Shown piece by piece: positions 14,221-26,780 of a DNA stretch of 64,000 bases; positions within the stretch are counted from its first letter, which is position 1, and every line of letters begins with the position of its first letter. The notes under the pieces were generated by a model that saw only the letters and a program-made list of their open reading frames with translations, was not told the DNA's origin and did no database searches. Location of the stretch: contig NC_092375.1 in assembly GCF_030028105.1 (NCBI RefSeq), positions 167,771,415-167,835,414 on the forward strand. Direction: 5' to 3'. A program made the translations under genes and the position numbers. Origin of the DNA: Mobula birostris (taxonomy: Eukaryota).

Positions 14221-14830
14221 TGTACTGTTTCGCTGCCGCTGATACTGTGCGATTCAGAATCTCCTGAGGGGAAGGACCCGAATCCTCAGCTTTGCTTGTT
14301 GTTTGGCAGCCGGGGTCAAAGCGCTCGGCAGAGATGGTGCTCGGTGTCGGAGGCTCAAAGTTTTCGGATGGACTCAGAGTTGACTGTGGTCGGGTGCTTC
14401 CAGGGTGCTGCATCGGCAAGTTTGCAGCGCTGGAGGTTCATGGCAGGAAGAGTTTTTCTTCCTTCTATCATCTGCGTGAGATTATGGGGCTATCGGGACT
14501 TTGAGACTTTTTTTTTACCGTGCCCATGGTCTGTTCTTTATCAAATTACGGTATTGCTTTGCACTGTTGTAACTATATGTTATAATTATGTGGTTTTTGT
14601 CAGCTTTAGCCTTGGTCTGTCTTGCGTTTCATAACATAGAATAGTACAGCACAGTACAGGCCCTCCGGCCCACAATGTTGTGCCGACCCTCAAACCCTGC
14701 CTCCCATATAAGCCCCCACCTTCTGTGATATCATACCGGAGGAACATTGTATCATTTCTTAATGCATGCATTACTAAATGACAATAAATGAGGACTGAGT
14801 GTCCTCATAATCTAATCTATTCTAATCTAA
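14221..14830 (+). repeat. Interspersed repeat with (AATCT)n tail, homologous to 62080-62598; interrupted by an inverted CR1 3' end at ~14630-14720
   Basis: Direct similarity between the two copies; the CR1 piece matches 54445-54530. Confidence 0.75.
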
Positions 14831-15023
14831 GCTTTATATCTGATTTATGTTGTTCTTGTGAATGCTGCTTATCTGATGCTATGTACCTATGACACTGTTG
14901 CAAACAGGCTTTGCATTGGATTTGTCAAAACATGTACTTGTGTATATGACAATGACATCTTTGCTTCATCCTGATAAATGGAGGGGATTGTAGGCGATTC
15001 TATATCCATATAACTGAAGTACT

Positions 15024-15164
15024 CACAAGGAAATCTGCAGATGCTGGAAATTCAAGCAACATGCACAAAATGCTGGTGGAACACAGCAGGCCAGACAGCA
15101 TCCATAGAAAGAAGCATGGTCGACATTTCGGGCTGAGACCCTTCATCAGGACTCAGGGTATGTG
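15024..15164 (-). mobile_element. Single-arm Penelope terminal fragment with hammerhead motif
   Basis: 13-bp TSD TAACTGAAGTACT at 15011-15023 and 15165-15177. Confidence 0.85.
15118..15153 (-). ncRNA. Minimal hammerhead ribozyme motif
   Basis: Minus strand AGTC-CTGATGA-AGGGTCTCAGCCC-GAAAT-GTC-GACC: core intact, stem I GTC/GAC. Confidence 0.65.
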
Positions 15165-15889
15165 TAACTGAAGTACTTTCTGGTTTGCATAATAAATGCA
15201 ATGCTATTGTTTATATAAAATAATCGCATTTTCTGGTGAATTAACAAATATCAATTTTGAAAAAAAGATTGTGAAAAATTTTATCCACAAGTAATTGCAC
15301 CTTCACAAATACAGTTGTTCAGAAATGTAAGAACTTTTGACGAGGCTCTGAAATAAACACCTTCAGTTTTTTTCCTGTAAAAAAAATTATAAAAGGTCAC
15401 TAAAGACTATCAACTCATTGATGAGTTTTTTTTCCCATTTCAAACTTCATTATAAACATCAAGTTCATCATTTGAAATACGACCAAGGTAAGGATGTCTA
15501 AGTATAGAATGTTTAAATAACATTCAACAAGGTGGTCTGCAAGCTCTCAACACATTAAAAACAAGAAGCCTTCTCAAAACAGATTAAAGATTGGTTTGCA
15601 CCATAACAATCAAACAAAACTTTAGTTGGGATGAAAACAGATTAGGGTCGAACAATATAAATGATTGTGGTGTATTAAGCAAAATGCGTTTCTGTAGTAT
15701 GAAGATACTTTTATACTATCTTCAAAAAGGACGAGAATCACAATTAACAAAGCAATCACTGCTCAAGTACAACTACATATAAAACATAGAAAAAGGCCAA
15801 TCACGTGTCAATGTCATACGATGTGCAATGAGCACACTAGCACTTTAAATTAAAGGAAAATTACAACAAATTGGTCTAAACAATTCTCT

Positions 15890-16680
15890 ACGCCCACACC
15901 CTCGCTTTTTAAAGCACCGCATCACCTCCTGTTACTGCCCTGCATCAGGTGATACGCTATCATGCTTCAAGATACAGAAAATAAGCAGTTCCCCCCTCTG
16001 CAGTTTACTCTCACTTCCCAGCCCTGAGGCCACCCTCAATACTCCCTCCCGTTGCAAGCATACGTTCACAGCTGCGGCTCTTGCCGATGCATTTAAACAG
16101 GCATGAGGTGTCGCCAATAACTGGAGTGTGGAGACCCATAACAGCTTCCCGCGAACAGACCAGGCCTCGGCAGCTCGGATCTGACAGCTCAAGTACTGGC
16201 TAGGAGTGTCAATCAGCGCCGCTGCCACCTACCTATGTGGATGTCTTCAATGTGCTCGATAAGTTCTGCCAGGGTGTTAAAGGTGAGGCCGCATCCACCG
16301 AAATTACAAGTGTTGGAGAAAAAGGAGGCGGCGGCTAACGCTGTCATGATATCCCGCCCCTGGGCGCTCCGCCCTGCACACGCCTACCGCCGCTCGGCTC
16401 CGCGGCTGGCAGGCCGACGACCCGGGCGGGCGCGCATACACACACGCCCTTTCCCCGACACCCTCTCACTCCCGCACCTGCATGCTTACAAACACACCGT
16501 CCGACCGGTGCGACGCGGCGCCGGCGTCAGGCACTGCCCACCGCCGCCTCCAGTTAACGGAGACGGAGGCGCCGGGCGCCGGTCACGTGACCCGCACAAA
16601 CTCGTGGCTCCGAACTGCCGAGCGGGAGTACTGGGCGTTGAGGTGCTGTGCTGAGCAACTCGCGGCTGGAGAGTGAGCAA
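15890..16680 (-). promoter_or_regulatory. CpG-island promoter/5' end of the JAZF1-like gene
   Basis: Dense CpG in an AT-rich background; GC box CCCGCCCC near 16353; perfect palindrome GGTCACGTGACC at 16581-16592. Confidence 0.8.
16233..16347 (-). CDS. First coding exon of a JAZF1-like C2H2 zinc-finger gene (MTALAAASFFSNTCNFGGCGLTFNTLAELIEHIEDIHI); remaining exons not found and presumably left of the window
   Basis: Manual translation. 115 nt from ATG (A at -3) to a phase-1 GTAGGT donor at 16232-16227. C-x4-C-x12-H-x4-H finger. 31/38 identical to human JAZF1 N-terminus as recalled. Lies in a CpG island. Not in the ORF track. Symbol withheld because orthology is doubtful. Confidence 0.93.
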
Positions 16681-17829
16681 AAGGGGAGAAGACTACTGTG
16701 TATATCATCTGGACAACAATAATAAACTCATTCTTTTCCGTTGCATTTTAATGTGATTTTGAAATACAGAAGTGAAACTCTCCCTCCTATGTTTCTTTAA
16801 ATCTGATTTATAGCTGGGCAGATGTGTGTCCAACCAGCTGAGAACTGAGAATGGTCCCATCCAGTTGGATTTTAGAGGAGAGGTGTTGAAAGAGGGCATT
16901 TAAATGCCGTTAAATTACAGCATTCTAAACCACCCAGAACGGAATAAACATAGTTTGCACGGAATTTGTTGGAGTACATCTTTTTGTATAGCTTCTTCCA
17001 CTTACCTCGAGCGCAAAACGTTTGTATTGGGGGTAACAATGATACAGCACCACAAGGTGAATGGAACAGCTGAAACCCATGTATAATAAACTTGATGATT
17101 TCATTCAGTTTCATTTCTCGAGGTAAGGTCGAGTACTGCCCCATCACTGCCACAAACTGATTACAATAAACCTTAAGAAAATACCACGAATGCTAGAGAT
17201 CCTGGAAATACTCAGTAAGTCAGACAACTATGATGAAAGATCACTGAACTAAAATGTTAACTCCCTTGAGAGATGCTATCTGACCTGCTGAGTATTTCCA
17301 GCATTTTATGTTCTTATTTTATACAATGGAATACAGATATCCATCTGAATGCTTTTCACAGGTGTAACACAACTTACTCAAAAATGCAGAAGTTTGTAAT
17401 TAACTTTTAGTTTCTGTACTTTAACTGCTATGTTTTTTTTCAGAATTCATGGCTTCACTTAAATTAGAAAATGCTCAGATTTACCTTTCTTATGTCAAAA
17501 GTGCATGACCTCAAGAATTTCCTGCAGTAAACTCAATTAAATATATTCTTGACCACCCATTAATCCATCAGCATCTCGTTGCAAATTTCATTGCTTCATA
17601 ACTTATCACTGGTAACAGTTGAAGATACATGACTCTACCCTTTCCTCCAAGTTATTCATAAATCTGGTATTATTATCAGCATTTAGTACAGAAATCCTCA
17701 TAATAACAACATATCTCCTGCTAGTTTCTGTATATAGCCAAAATTATTTTATAGCATTTCACAGCTAACTAAGTTCCTAATCAAGTTAATTGGTGGTTTC
17801 TAATTCCATACATTCAGAAGTTGATAATA

Positions 17830-18390
17830 CATGAGACCACACTTAAAAGTATTGTGCGCAGTTTTGGGGTCCTTATTTTAGAAAGGATATACTGACATTG
17901 GAGAGGGTTCAGAGAAGATTCACGAGAATTATTCCAAGAATGAAAGGGTTAACGTCTGCCAGCTCTTGAGTTGTATTCCCTGGAGTTCAGAAGAATGAGG
18001 GGGGATCTTACCGAAACATTCTGGATGTTAAGAGGCCTGAACAGATTAGATATGGCAAAGTTATTTCCCATGGTAGGGGGAGTCCAGGACAAGAAGGCAT
18101 GACTTCAGGATTGAAGGGCGTCCATTTACAACTGAGATGCAGAGAAATTACTCTAGTCAGAGGGTGGTAAATCATTGGAATTTGTTGCCACAAGTGGCAG
18201 TGGAGGCCAGGTCATTGGATGTATTTAAGGCAGAGATAGATAGGTTCTTGATTAGCCAGGGCATCAAAGGGTACGGGGAGAAGGCAGGGGAGTGGGGATG
18301 ACTGGAAGAATTGGATCAGCCAATGATTGAATGGCGGAGCAGACTTGATGGGCCAAATGGCCTATTTCTTATATCTTATGGTCTTATAAA
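17830..18390 (+). mobile_element. CR1 3' fragment
   Basis: Homologous to the CR1 ORF2 C-terminus and 3'UTR; TCTTATGG-type tail. Confidence 0.8.
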
Positions 18391-18602
18391 TTGTTGAATG
18401 TCATGAGAGTCCATGTAAAATAACATAATAATATTTATTTATCTATCACATTAGATTCAAAAAATTGAACAGATTTGGACACAAAATTTATCTTTAAAAT
18501 CTATGAAAAAATATCATCCTACTACTACTTACTCCTTCCTTCAGGAGACATATATATCCATGCTGTAAAGTACTCGGAAGCAGCAGTACAAAGGCATATA
18601 CG

Positions 18603-19150
18603 CAGTGGCCACTTTATTAGGTACACCTGTACATCTGCTCACTAATGCAAATAGCTAATTAACCAATCAAGTGGCAGAATCACAATACATAAAAGCTTGC
18701 TGACATGGTCAAGAGGTTCAGTTGTTTATCAGAGCAAATATCAGAATGGAGAAGAAATATGATCTAAGTGGCTTTGTGGAATGATGTAGTGATTTGAGTA
18801 TCTCAGAAACTGATGGATCTTCTGGAATTGCCATGCACACCATTTTATAGAGTTTACAGAGAATGGTGCGGAAAACAAAAATAAAATCCAGTAAGTGGCA
18901 GTTCTGTGGACAAAAATGCCTTTTTAATGAGAGAGGTCAAAGTAGACTGGTCATCCGGGTTCAAGTTGACAGAAAGGTGACAATAACTCAAATAACCATG
19001 TGTTACAACAGTGGTGTGCAGAAGGGAATCTCTCAACACTGAGCATGTTGGATCTTGAAGTGGATGGGCTACAGCAGCAGAAGACTAGGAACATACACTC
19101 AGTGGCCAGTTTATCTGCTATAGAAGGCACCCAATAAAGTGGACACTGAG
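18603..19150. mobile_element. Non-autonomous Tc1-like element
   Basis: Inverted ends CAGTGGCCACTTTATT / AATAAAGTGGACACTG; related copy at ~49430-50235. Confidence 0.75.
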
Positions 19151-19689
19151 GGTATAATGCATTATAGGTGGGTCTGCTTTGGATCATCAGTGCCCAAGCT
19201 GGCTGTACTCTCATGTAGTTATGAGACCTGGTCTGTGACAGATAGTAAGGGAATCAGGACAAGTAATAAACATACTGTATTGATCTCAATCCAGGCACTG
19301 AGGCTTGCTTGTGATTTCTTATGGGGAAGTCTGTTTGCTCCCACATCACAAGAATATGCCTGTATATTAATTGGTTACAGTAGATTCCCCAATTGTTAAA
19401 AAAAATGTTGATGGGCAAGTAAGAGAGATTAGGTTCAGAGCAGTAAGACATGGGAAAATGAGACTGATGGGATTTGCTCTGCTGGGACTTAGCATCAACT
19501 ATACGGACAATTAGCCTACTTCTGTGTTGCAATAAGCTAGTAAGTATTGTGTTGTTATGCAGTACCAATATGTCAAATGGAAAAAGATTCAAAATGAATC
19601 TAGCAACTATAATCTGGGCATCTCAGCAAGAAAAACATAGGAAATTTAATTAATTTATTATTGTCACATGTATCTATATACACCTACAT

Positions 19690-20765
19690 CAGGATGCTGT
19701 TCATCATTTAATACCATCATTCCCACAATCCTGATTGAGAAGTTGCAGAACCTGCTGCTCTGTACCTCCCTCTGCAATTGGATCCTCAACTTCCTAACTG
19801 GAAGACCACAATCTGTGCGGATTGGTGATAACATATCATCCTCGCAGATGATCAACACTGACGCACCTGAGGGGTGAGTGCTTAGCCCACTGCTCTACTC
19901 TCTATATACACATGACCATGTGGCTAGGCATAGCTCAAATAACATCTATAAATTTGCTGATGATACAACCATTGTTGGTAGAATCTCAGGTGGTGGTGAG
20001 AGGGCGTACAAGAGTGAGATATGCCAACTAGGGGAACGGTGCCACAGCAACAACCTGGCACTCAATGTCAGTAATACAAAAGAGCTAATTTTGGACTTCC
20101 AGAAGGGTAAGATGAAGGAACACATAACCAATCCTCATAGAGGGATCGGAAGTGGAGAGAGTGAGCAGCTTCAAGTTCATGGGTGTCAAGATCTCTGAGG
20201 ATCTAACCTGGTCTCAATGTAGTTATAAAGAAGGCTAAACGGTGGTTATACTTTATTAGGAGTTTGAAGAAATTTGGCAAGTTAACAAGTACACTCAAAA
20301 ACTTCTCTAGTTGTACCATGGAGAGCATTCTGACAGGCTGCATCCCTGTCTGGTATGGGGGTGGGGGTTGCTACTGCACAGGACTGAAAGAAACTGCAGA
20401 AGGTTGTAAATCTAGTCAGCTCCATCTTGGGCACTAGCCTACAAAGTACTCAGGACATCTTTAGGGAGCAGTGTCTCAGAAAGGCAGCGTCCATTATTAA
20501 GTGGTTGAGCCCGGCAGGCTGATAGTAATGTATGCTCTTAGGAACTTAAAAAACTTAACCATCTCAACCTCATCACCATTGATACAGACTGGATAATGTG
20601 CACTACCCCCCTTCCTGAAGTCAATGACCTTTGTTTTGCTGGCATTGAAGGAAAGGTTATTATCACCATGTTACAAAGCTCTTTATCTTCTATCTTGTTC
20701 CCGTACTCTGACTTGCCATTATTTGATAAGGTGTCATCTGCAAACTTGTAAATGGAGTCAGAGTT
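19690..20765. mobile_element. Rex1/Babar-like LINE fragments (+ strand to ~20500, then - strand)
   Basis: [28 protein letters not shown] and YKFADDTT motifs. Confidence 0.75.
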
Positions 20766-21964
20766 ATCTATCATTATAACTTGGGCAGTAATTCAACCTT
20801 AATTCATTGAGGAGTACATATACCAGGAGCTGCAATAGGAATATCTAAAAATGGTTTGTCAATCTGGAACTATCTTCAGTAGAGAACTTTATGCATGATA
20901 AATAGTGAAAGCAATGTACATTGGACAGCACTACGTAATCCCCCAATCAATGAAACTGACCACAGTCCTACCATATGGTCATGAATGGTCCAGTGGGTCA
21001 GTGGAATGAGGCAGCTTTAAAACCTACAAGATTATTTGCAATTATATTCATCCAAGTGGTGTTCATCCAAATACCAAGTGATCCATTGTGACTTCTTCCT
21101 GGGGACTCTACTCTCACAAATATCAATTTCCCAGGAATATATTTCATCCACGTGGTTTCAAGGAATGGCTAAGATAATTGGTTATAAAGCAAAAGCTAAG
21201 CTTCTGATAATATTTGTTTGCAATGTGAAGATGTGTTCCAGCTAATAGACGGAATTCTAGTTAAGCTGCTGAGTACAACTTAATACTGGCATCTATCCAA
21301 CAATATCTAAAATTACCCAGGTACGGCTGGTGATAAAAAGCGGAACCAATTCCATCGGTTGAATGAGATACCATTGATATATTCTTCAGCACTTTCCAAC
21401 ATTTTCTGTTCACACGATATATGGTAAGTAACCTTTGTGATATTCAATAACAATAGCCATCCCAAATAAGAAAACATCTAATTATCAATCCTTCATATTC
21501 AGTGATATTACTATCATGAACTTCAATGTCATCCACCTCATGAGAGCCACAAATGGTCAGAAACCTAATTTGACCAGTCAGATAAATTCAGGGACTCCAA
21601 GAGCAAGTCAGAGATTGGTGGCTCACCTCTGATTCATCAAGCTTTTCCATATCTATAAAAATACTTGATGTATGTTTTGGAAATCTCCTCTTGCCTGGTT
21701 AAGTGTGGCACTGATGGCACTCAAAAATCTTAATATTACACCAAATAAAAAGGCACCAGTCTTCCATCCTTAATGTTCACCCCCTTCAGTACTATTGCAC
21801 TTTTACTAAGGCCTCTTCAACTGCATCTCCCAAACCTGAAGGCATCACCCTAACCTGAGCTGCAAGGATATAAAAATACTCATTACATGGAAGAGATGTG
21901 GGACTGCTCTACTGGTAGCCATCTTGGATTTGATGAGGCGAATGGCCTCCTACTATGTTTCCAT

Positions 21965-23142
21965 TGTTATTGCGTGAGTGAAGTCACCAGAGAAAATTCC
22001 TGGTAGATACAAAGCAGCTTCTTTATTAGACAAAACATGGTACAGCAGGCAACGTATGGAGACGCTTTCAATGGAAAGGTTTCACTGGCCCAACGTAGGG
22101 CTCGATACTTTATGTGCCAAACATCAAAGGATAACCCCATATTTACAACTTATGGAAAGTGCTTTCTTTGACCTTCACACCCCCTGATTCACACCCACAC
22201 CACAGACATCCAAATGAATTTCTATCAGCATTGTTTGAACTGGGATTCACAGCTTTTAGGAACCCAGTGTTAAGAGCTGCACTCCAAATTAAATGCACAA
22301 TACATTTTCAGATGTGAAGACTGGTAGCCAAAGTCAACTGCTAAATGTATATGCCCTAAACCAGGGGACCCCAACCTTTTTTGCACCGCGGACCGGTTTA
22401 ATATTGACAATATTCTTGCGGACTGGCCGACAGAGGGTGGGGTGGTGTTCAAGTAGGGTTAAACTCATCTCAAAATGTCTTTTACAGTCAGGGTTGCCAA
22501 CTTTCTCACTCCCAAATAGGGCACGAAAGTAGCAGTCAAATATGGGACTCTTGTGTTTACCCCGAGAAAGACAACCATGACCATGAAGCCTTGCGCGGGC
22601 ACATGGGTGCGCATGTGTGTACCTGCCGATTTTTTTCTACAATTTGGTTTGGTTTAATCTTCTCAACTCTGTTAAGTGAAACTACACTGTACATACATTA
22701 TTTCTACTTTATATAGGCTGTGTATTTATCATATCATTCCTGCTTTACTATATGTTAGTGTTATTTTAGGTTTTATGTGTTATTTGGTATGATTTGGTAG
22801 GTTATTTTTTGGGTCTGGGAACGCTGAAAATTTTTTCCCATATAAATTAATGGTAATTGCTTCTTCGCTTTACACAATTTCCGCTTACGAACGGTTTCAT
22901 AGGGATGCTCTACCTTAGCTGGGGAAATACGGGACAAGAGCAGTCCCATATGGGACAAACCAATTTGGCCCAATATACGGGAACGGGACAGTTGGCAACC
23001 CTATGTTCAAATTCAACAGTACGTGACAGGGAATGAGGAAAGGTGCAGCTGACTGATATATTTTCCTCGCAGCCTGGTAGCACATGCTTTGCAGCCCGGT
23101 GGTTGGGGACCACTACCCTAAACCCAAAAATCACTCTTAACA
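21965..23142 (-). mobile_element. Solo LTR interrupted by a hAT element
   Basis: TGTTA...TAACA termini; 4-bp TSD CCAT (21961-21964, 23143-23146); TTTATT near 22022 suggests - orientation. Confidence 0.75.
22362..23115. mobile_element. Composite non-autonomous hAT element with an inner hAT-like element (22454-23003)
   Basis: TIR CAGGGGACCCCAACC / GGTTGGGGACCACTA; perfect 8-bp TSD CCCTAAAC; inner TAGGGTT...AACCCTA flanked by TGTTCAAG/TGTTCAAA. Confidence 0.85.
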
Positions 23143-23959
23143 CCATAATAACCTTCTTCAAAGGTATTCATATCACAAAGACAGGTAAATTTAGAGTTTA
23201 AAATTCCACTGGCAGACAAACCACTACGTTGCCAGGACTCACCTCCAGAGCTGGTCAGTGCTCTGAGGCCTTATTCAATATTTATTTGTATTGGCGATGC
23301 AAAGTGTAAAGAATGATAACTAAAATCAGATACAAACTGTGATTTTTTTTGACTCACACTAACTCGTTCCTTCAATAAAATAGTTTTGTTTAGTTTCTAC
23401 AAATTAAGTAAAGTCAGCCCACTGTGCTAGACAAGTCCTTTCAATTTGTTGACAGTTGCAGATGGAAAGAGCTTCACCATATCAGCTCCATTGGAGAATT
23501 GAATACGTTCCTTCCGACTTTTAAAAACCTTTCTTAGACCTTTAAGCCTGCTCAATCCTTCCTGCTGCCTGCATTGTCCTTCTAATTCTTTTGGGGGTTT
23601 TTTTGCAATCTTTTCCAGTATTTTAACAATAATTGACCTTGTTCCCAACAAGGACTTCCAAAAACGTTTCAGTGAATTTTACAGACGATAACCATTTTGG
23701 GAAATTTAACCAGATGTGATAAATCAAAAACATTTATTCACGTTTTTACAAAACTTTTTGAAACCACTTACCCATAAATTTTGATAAATAATATGAAATT
23801 CTTTCATATTTAATCTGCAAAAACATATTTTGAATATTTTTTCCACAAAACTACCCACATAGCACAGATTGAACTGAGGAAAACCTTTACATATTTTTTT
23901 CAATTCAAACAATTTCTGAATACTGAGTATTTTTTAATGTTATTAAAACTTTAGCATTT

Positions 23960-24540
23960 GGCCTCCGAATACGGTAGAACCAAGATATGGGACATTACGT
24001 CCCGCAGTTGACCTTCGATGGTCTTTGTCCTATCCGGGTGATCGCCGGAGTACATTAACACGCCTGCGCCGCCGTAACAGGAGGCGCACCAAGTAAAAAC
24101 GAGATTGACTGCCATTTGTGCGGCTAACTTTTGAAAGAAAAACGTAACGTCGAGCGTTACCTACATATCTCGGCTAGTGATCGTCTATCTTTTCGGATTC
24201 CGCCATTATCATGTTTGCCTGCTCAAAAGTGTCGTGGTTGGCCGCAGCAGCGGTAAGTGATGATCGAATCGTTGCCCTATCCCTGACCGACTGTCAGTGC
24301 CCGTTCCGTCGGCCTTGTACAATACAGTATTTCGATTCGGGAACGCTGCCCCTCGCCTCACCTCTTCGCTCTGAATGAACAATGTTCTCGGGCCTGGGAT
24401 TTGAATTAGACCTCGATTAGGAATTTGAAACACATTATTCAGTTAATATTGATTAATATTAGTAAGACAGGTTTCCGCATGACCGAGCGTTTGGGGAGGT
24501 TAACCATCTTGGCATTAACGAAGTGCCGCGGTAGCTGTAG
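23960..24540 (+). promoter_or_regulatory. CpG-island promoter of the ATP synthase subunit c gene
   Basis: CpG-rich; NRF1-like GCCTGCGC near 24062; YY1-like GCCAT motifs near 24110 and 24202. Confidence 0.75.
24211..24252 (+). CDS. ATP5MC3: ATP synthase Fo subunit c precursor, coding exon 1 (MFACSKVSWLAAAA)
   Basis: MFAC start typical of subunit c presequences; 42 nt, phase-0 GTAAGT donor at 24253. Paralogue assignment rests on inferred synteny. Confidence 0.85.
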
Positions 24541-24869
24541 GTCATTTGGCTTGGGTTTAGTACATTTAACTGGGACTCAACATTTGTCTGTCCTTGTAAG
24601 TAATTCGAAAAGTCATGCGAATTTTGTGTGTTTTGCGGTGTGTTAGTGGCTGTCGAACATATACTAGAACCCAAACATTTTACTTTTAATCATAATGAAC
24701 TGATCGGATCTGCACCTATAAACTTGCAACACCACCTCATGTTTAGTTCCAACACTTAATTTAACAATTCATGCAGGAGTAGGCCATCTAGCTCCTTTTC
24801 AGCTCTGCCATTCAATTTGGCACCATTAGCTTGACAAAATGAGCATTTGTTGAATAAAATTTTTTGAAA

Positions 24870-25950
24870 ATATAGAAAACCTACAGCACAATATAGGCCC
24901 TTTGGCCCACAAAATTGTGCTGAACATGTCCCTACCTTAGAAATTTCCAGGGTTACCCATTGCCCTCTATTTTTCTAAGCTCCATGTGCCTATCCAAAAG
25001 TCTCTTAAAAGACCCTATCGTATCCGTCTCCACCACCGTTGCCGGCAGCCCATTCCACGCACTCACCACTCTTTGCGTTTTAAAAAAACTTACCCCTGAT
25101 ATCTCCTCTGTACCTACTCCCCAGCACCTTAAACCTGTGCCCTCTTGTGGCAGCCATTTCAGCCCTGGGAAAAAGCCTCTGACTATCCACATGATCAATG
25201 CCTGTCATAATTTTATACACCTTTATCAGGTCACCTCTCCAAGGAGAAAAGGCAGAGTTCACTCACATAAGGCATGCTCCCCAATCCAGGCAACATCCTT
25301 GTAAATCTCTGCACCCTTTCTATGGTTTCCACTTCCTTCCTGTAGTGAGGCAACCAGAACTGAGCACAGTACTCCTAGTGGGGTCCTATATAGCTGCAAC
25401 ATTACCTCTCTGCTCCTAAATTCAATTCCATGATTGCTGAAGGCCAATACACTGTATGCCTTAACCACAGAGTCAACCTGCACAGCTGCTTTGAGCATCC
25501 TATGGACTTGGACCCCAAGAACCCTCTGATCCTACACACTGCCAAGAGTCTTACCATTAATACGATATTCTGCCATCATATTTGACCTACCAAAATGAAC
25601 CACTTCACACTTATCTGGGTTGAACTCCATCTGCCACTTCTCAGCCCAGTTTTGCATCCTATCAATGTCCAGCTGTAACCTCCGACAGCCCTCCACACTA
25701 TCCACAACACCCCCAACCTTTGTGTCATCCGCAAACTTACAAATCCAGCCCTCCACTTTCTCATCCAGGTCATTTATGAAAATCACAAAGCGTAAGGGTC
25801 CCAGAACATATCCCTGAGGCACACCACCGGTCACCGGCCTCCATGCAGAATATGACCTGTCTACAACCACTCTTTGCCTTCTGTGTGCAAGCCAGTTCTA
25901 GATCCACAAAGCAATGTCCCCTTGGATCCCGTGCCTCCTTACTTTCTCAA
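24870..25950 (-). mobile_element. CR1 3' fragment in subunit c intron 1
   Basis: GVPQG and KFADDTK motifs on - strand ORFs. Confidence 0.9.
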
Positions 25951-26058
25951 GTAATCTGCATATTAGTTCCAAGAAATGAATACATTGCCTTGCTGAGTCA
26001 TTTAAAAAATGTTGACAAAGTCATTCAGAGTTTTTTTTGTCTTTTTTTTTCTAACTAG

Positions 26059-26136
26059 GTTCGCAATGGAGCCGCACCTCTTTCTAGACCACTTTCTGTG
26101 TCATTGATGTACAAACCAGTGGGTCAGTCTGGAAAA
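26059..26136 (+). CDS. ATP5MC3: ATP synthase subunit c, coding exon 2 (VRNGAAPLSRPLSVSLMYKPVGQSGK), presequence
   Basis: Poly-T tract plus TAG acceptor; 78 nt in frame; GTAGGT donor; RPLS motif of c-subunit presequences. Confidence 0.85.
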
Positions 26137-26369
26137 GTAGGTTAACAAGCTTTATTATTTGTATGATGTTTAGACCTGAATGGTTATGACCTATACTATA
26201 TTTTTAAAACATCATATACAAAGTCACGAACCTCACTTTTAACCCCCTACTCCCACCCAACTTTCTAGTTTCTCATATCTCAACTAACTGTATCCATTGG
26301 TTGCATTATCTGATACTTTATTTATGTGACATTTAACCCGTGAAATGGTTTGAAACTCAAAAGTGCCCT

Positions 26370-26780
26370 AGTTCTAAGCTGCAGCTCTGAGGCTAAAGCA
26401 GACCATAAACAAAGTTGGCCCAAAACTAAGCTATTCATCTCATTTTTTTTCTCTATTCCTGAGCCCATTGCTTCCAATAATGATGCAATCAATGCTATCA
26501 CACGCTCCTTTCCTATCAGATTCCATCAACAGCAGCTCTCTGCATCCTCCATCTTTGACTTCCCAGCCTCTCAATTTCCACTCTTCCCTTCTCAGTCTGT
26601 CTATCATTCTTCCTCACCTGAGTCTACCTACTGCTTGCCATTTCTTGCTCCACTCCACTTTATACTGGCCAACTCTGCTCTACTCTCAGTCCAGGTGAAG
26701 GGCCTTGAACCAGAACATTAACTCATCTATTTCCCTCTACAGATGCTGCCTGACCCAATGAGTTCCTCCAGCACTTGCCT
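26370..26780 (+). mobile_element. Old Penelope-like 3' end
   Basis: Pyrimidine-rich tract followed by a decayed hammerhead region and AGATGCTGCCTGACC. Confidence 0.55.

Noticed and set aside
16235-16654. 139-aa + strand ORF over the first CpG island
   Set aside because: Antisense shadow of the JAZF-like exon and its GC-rich promoter.
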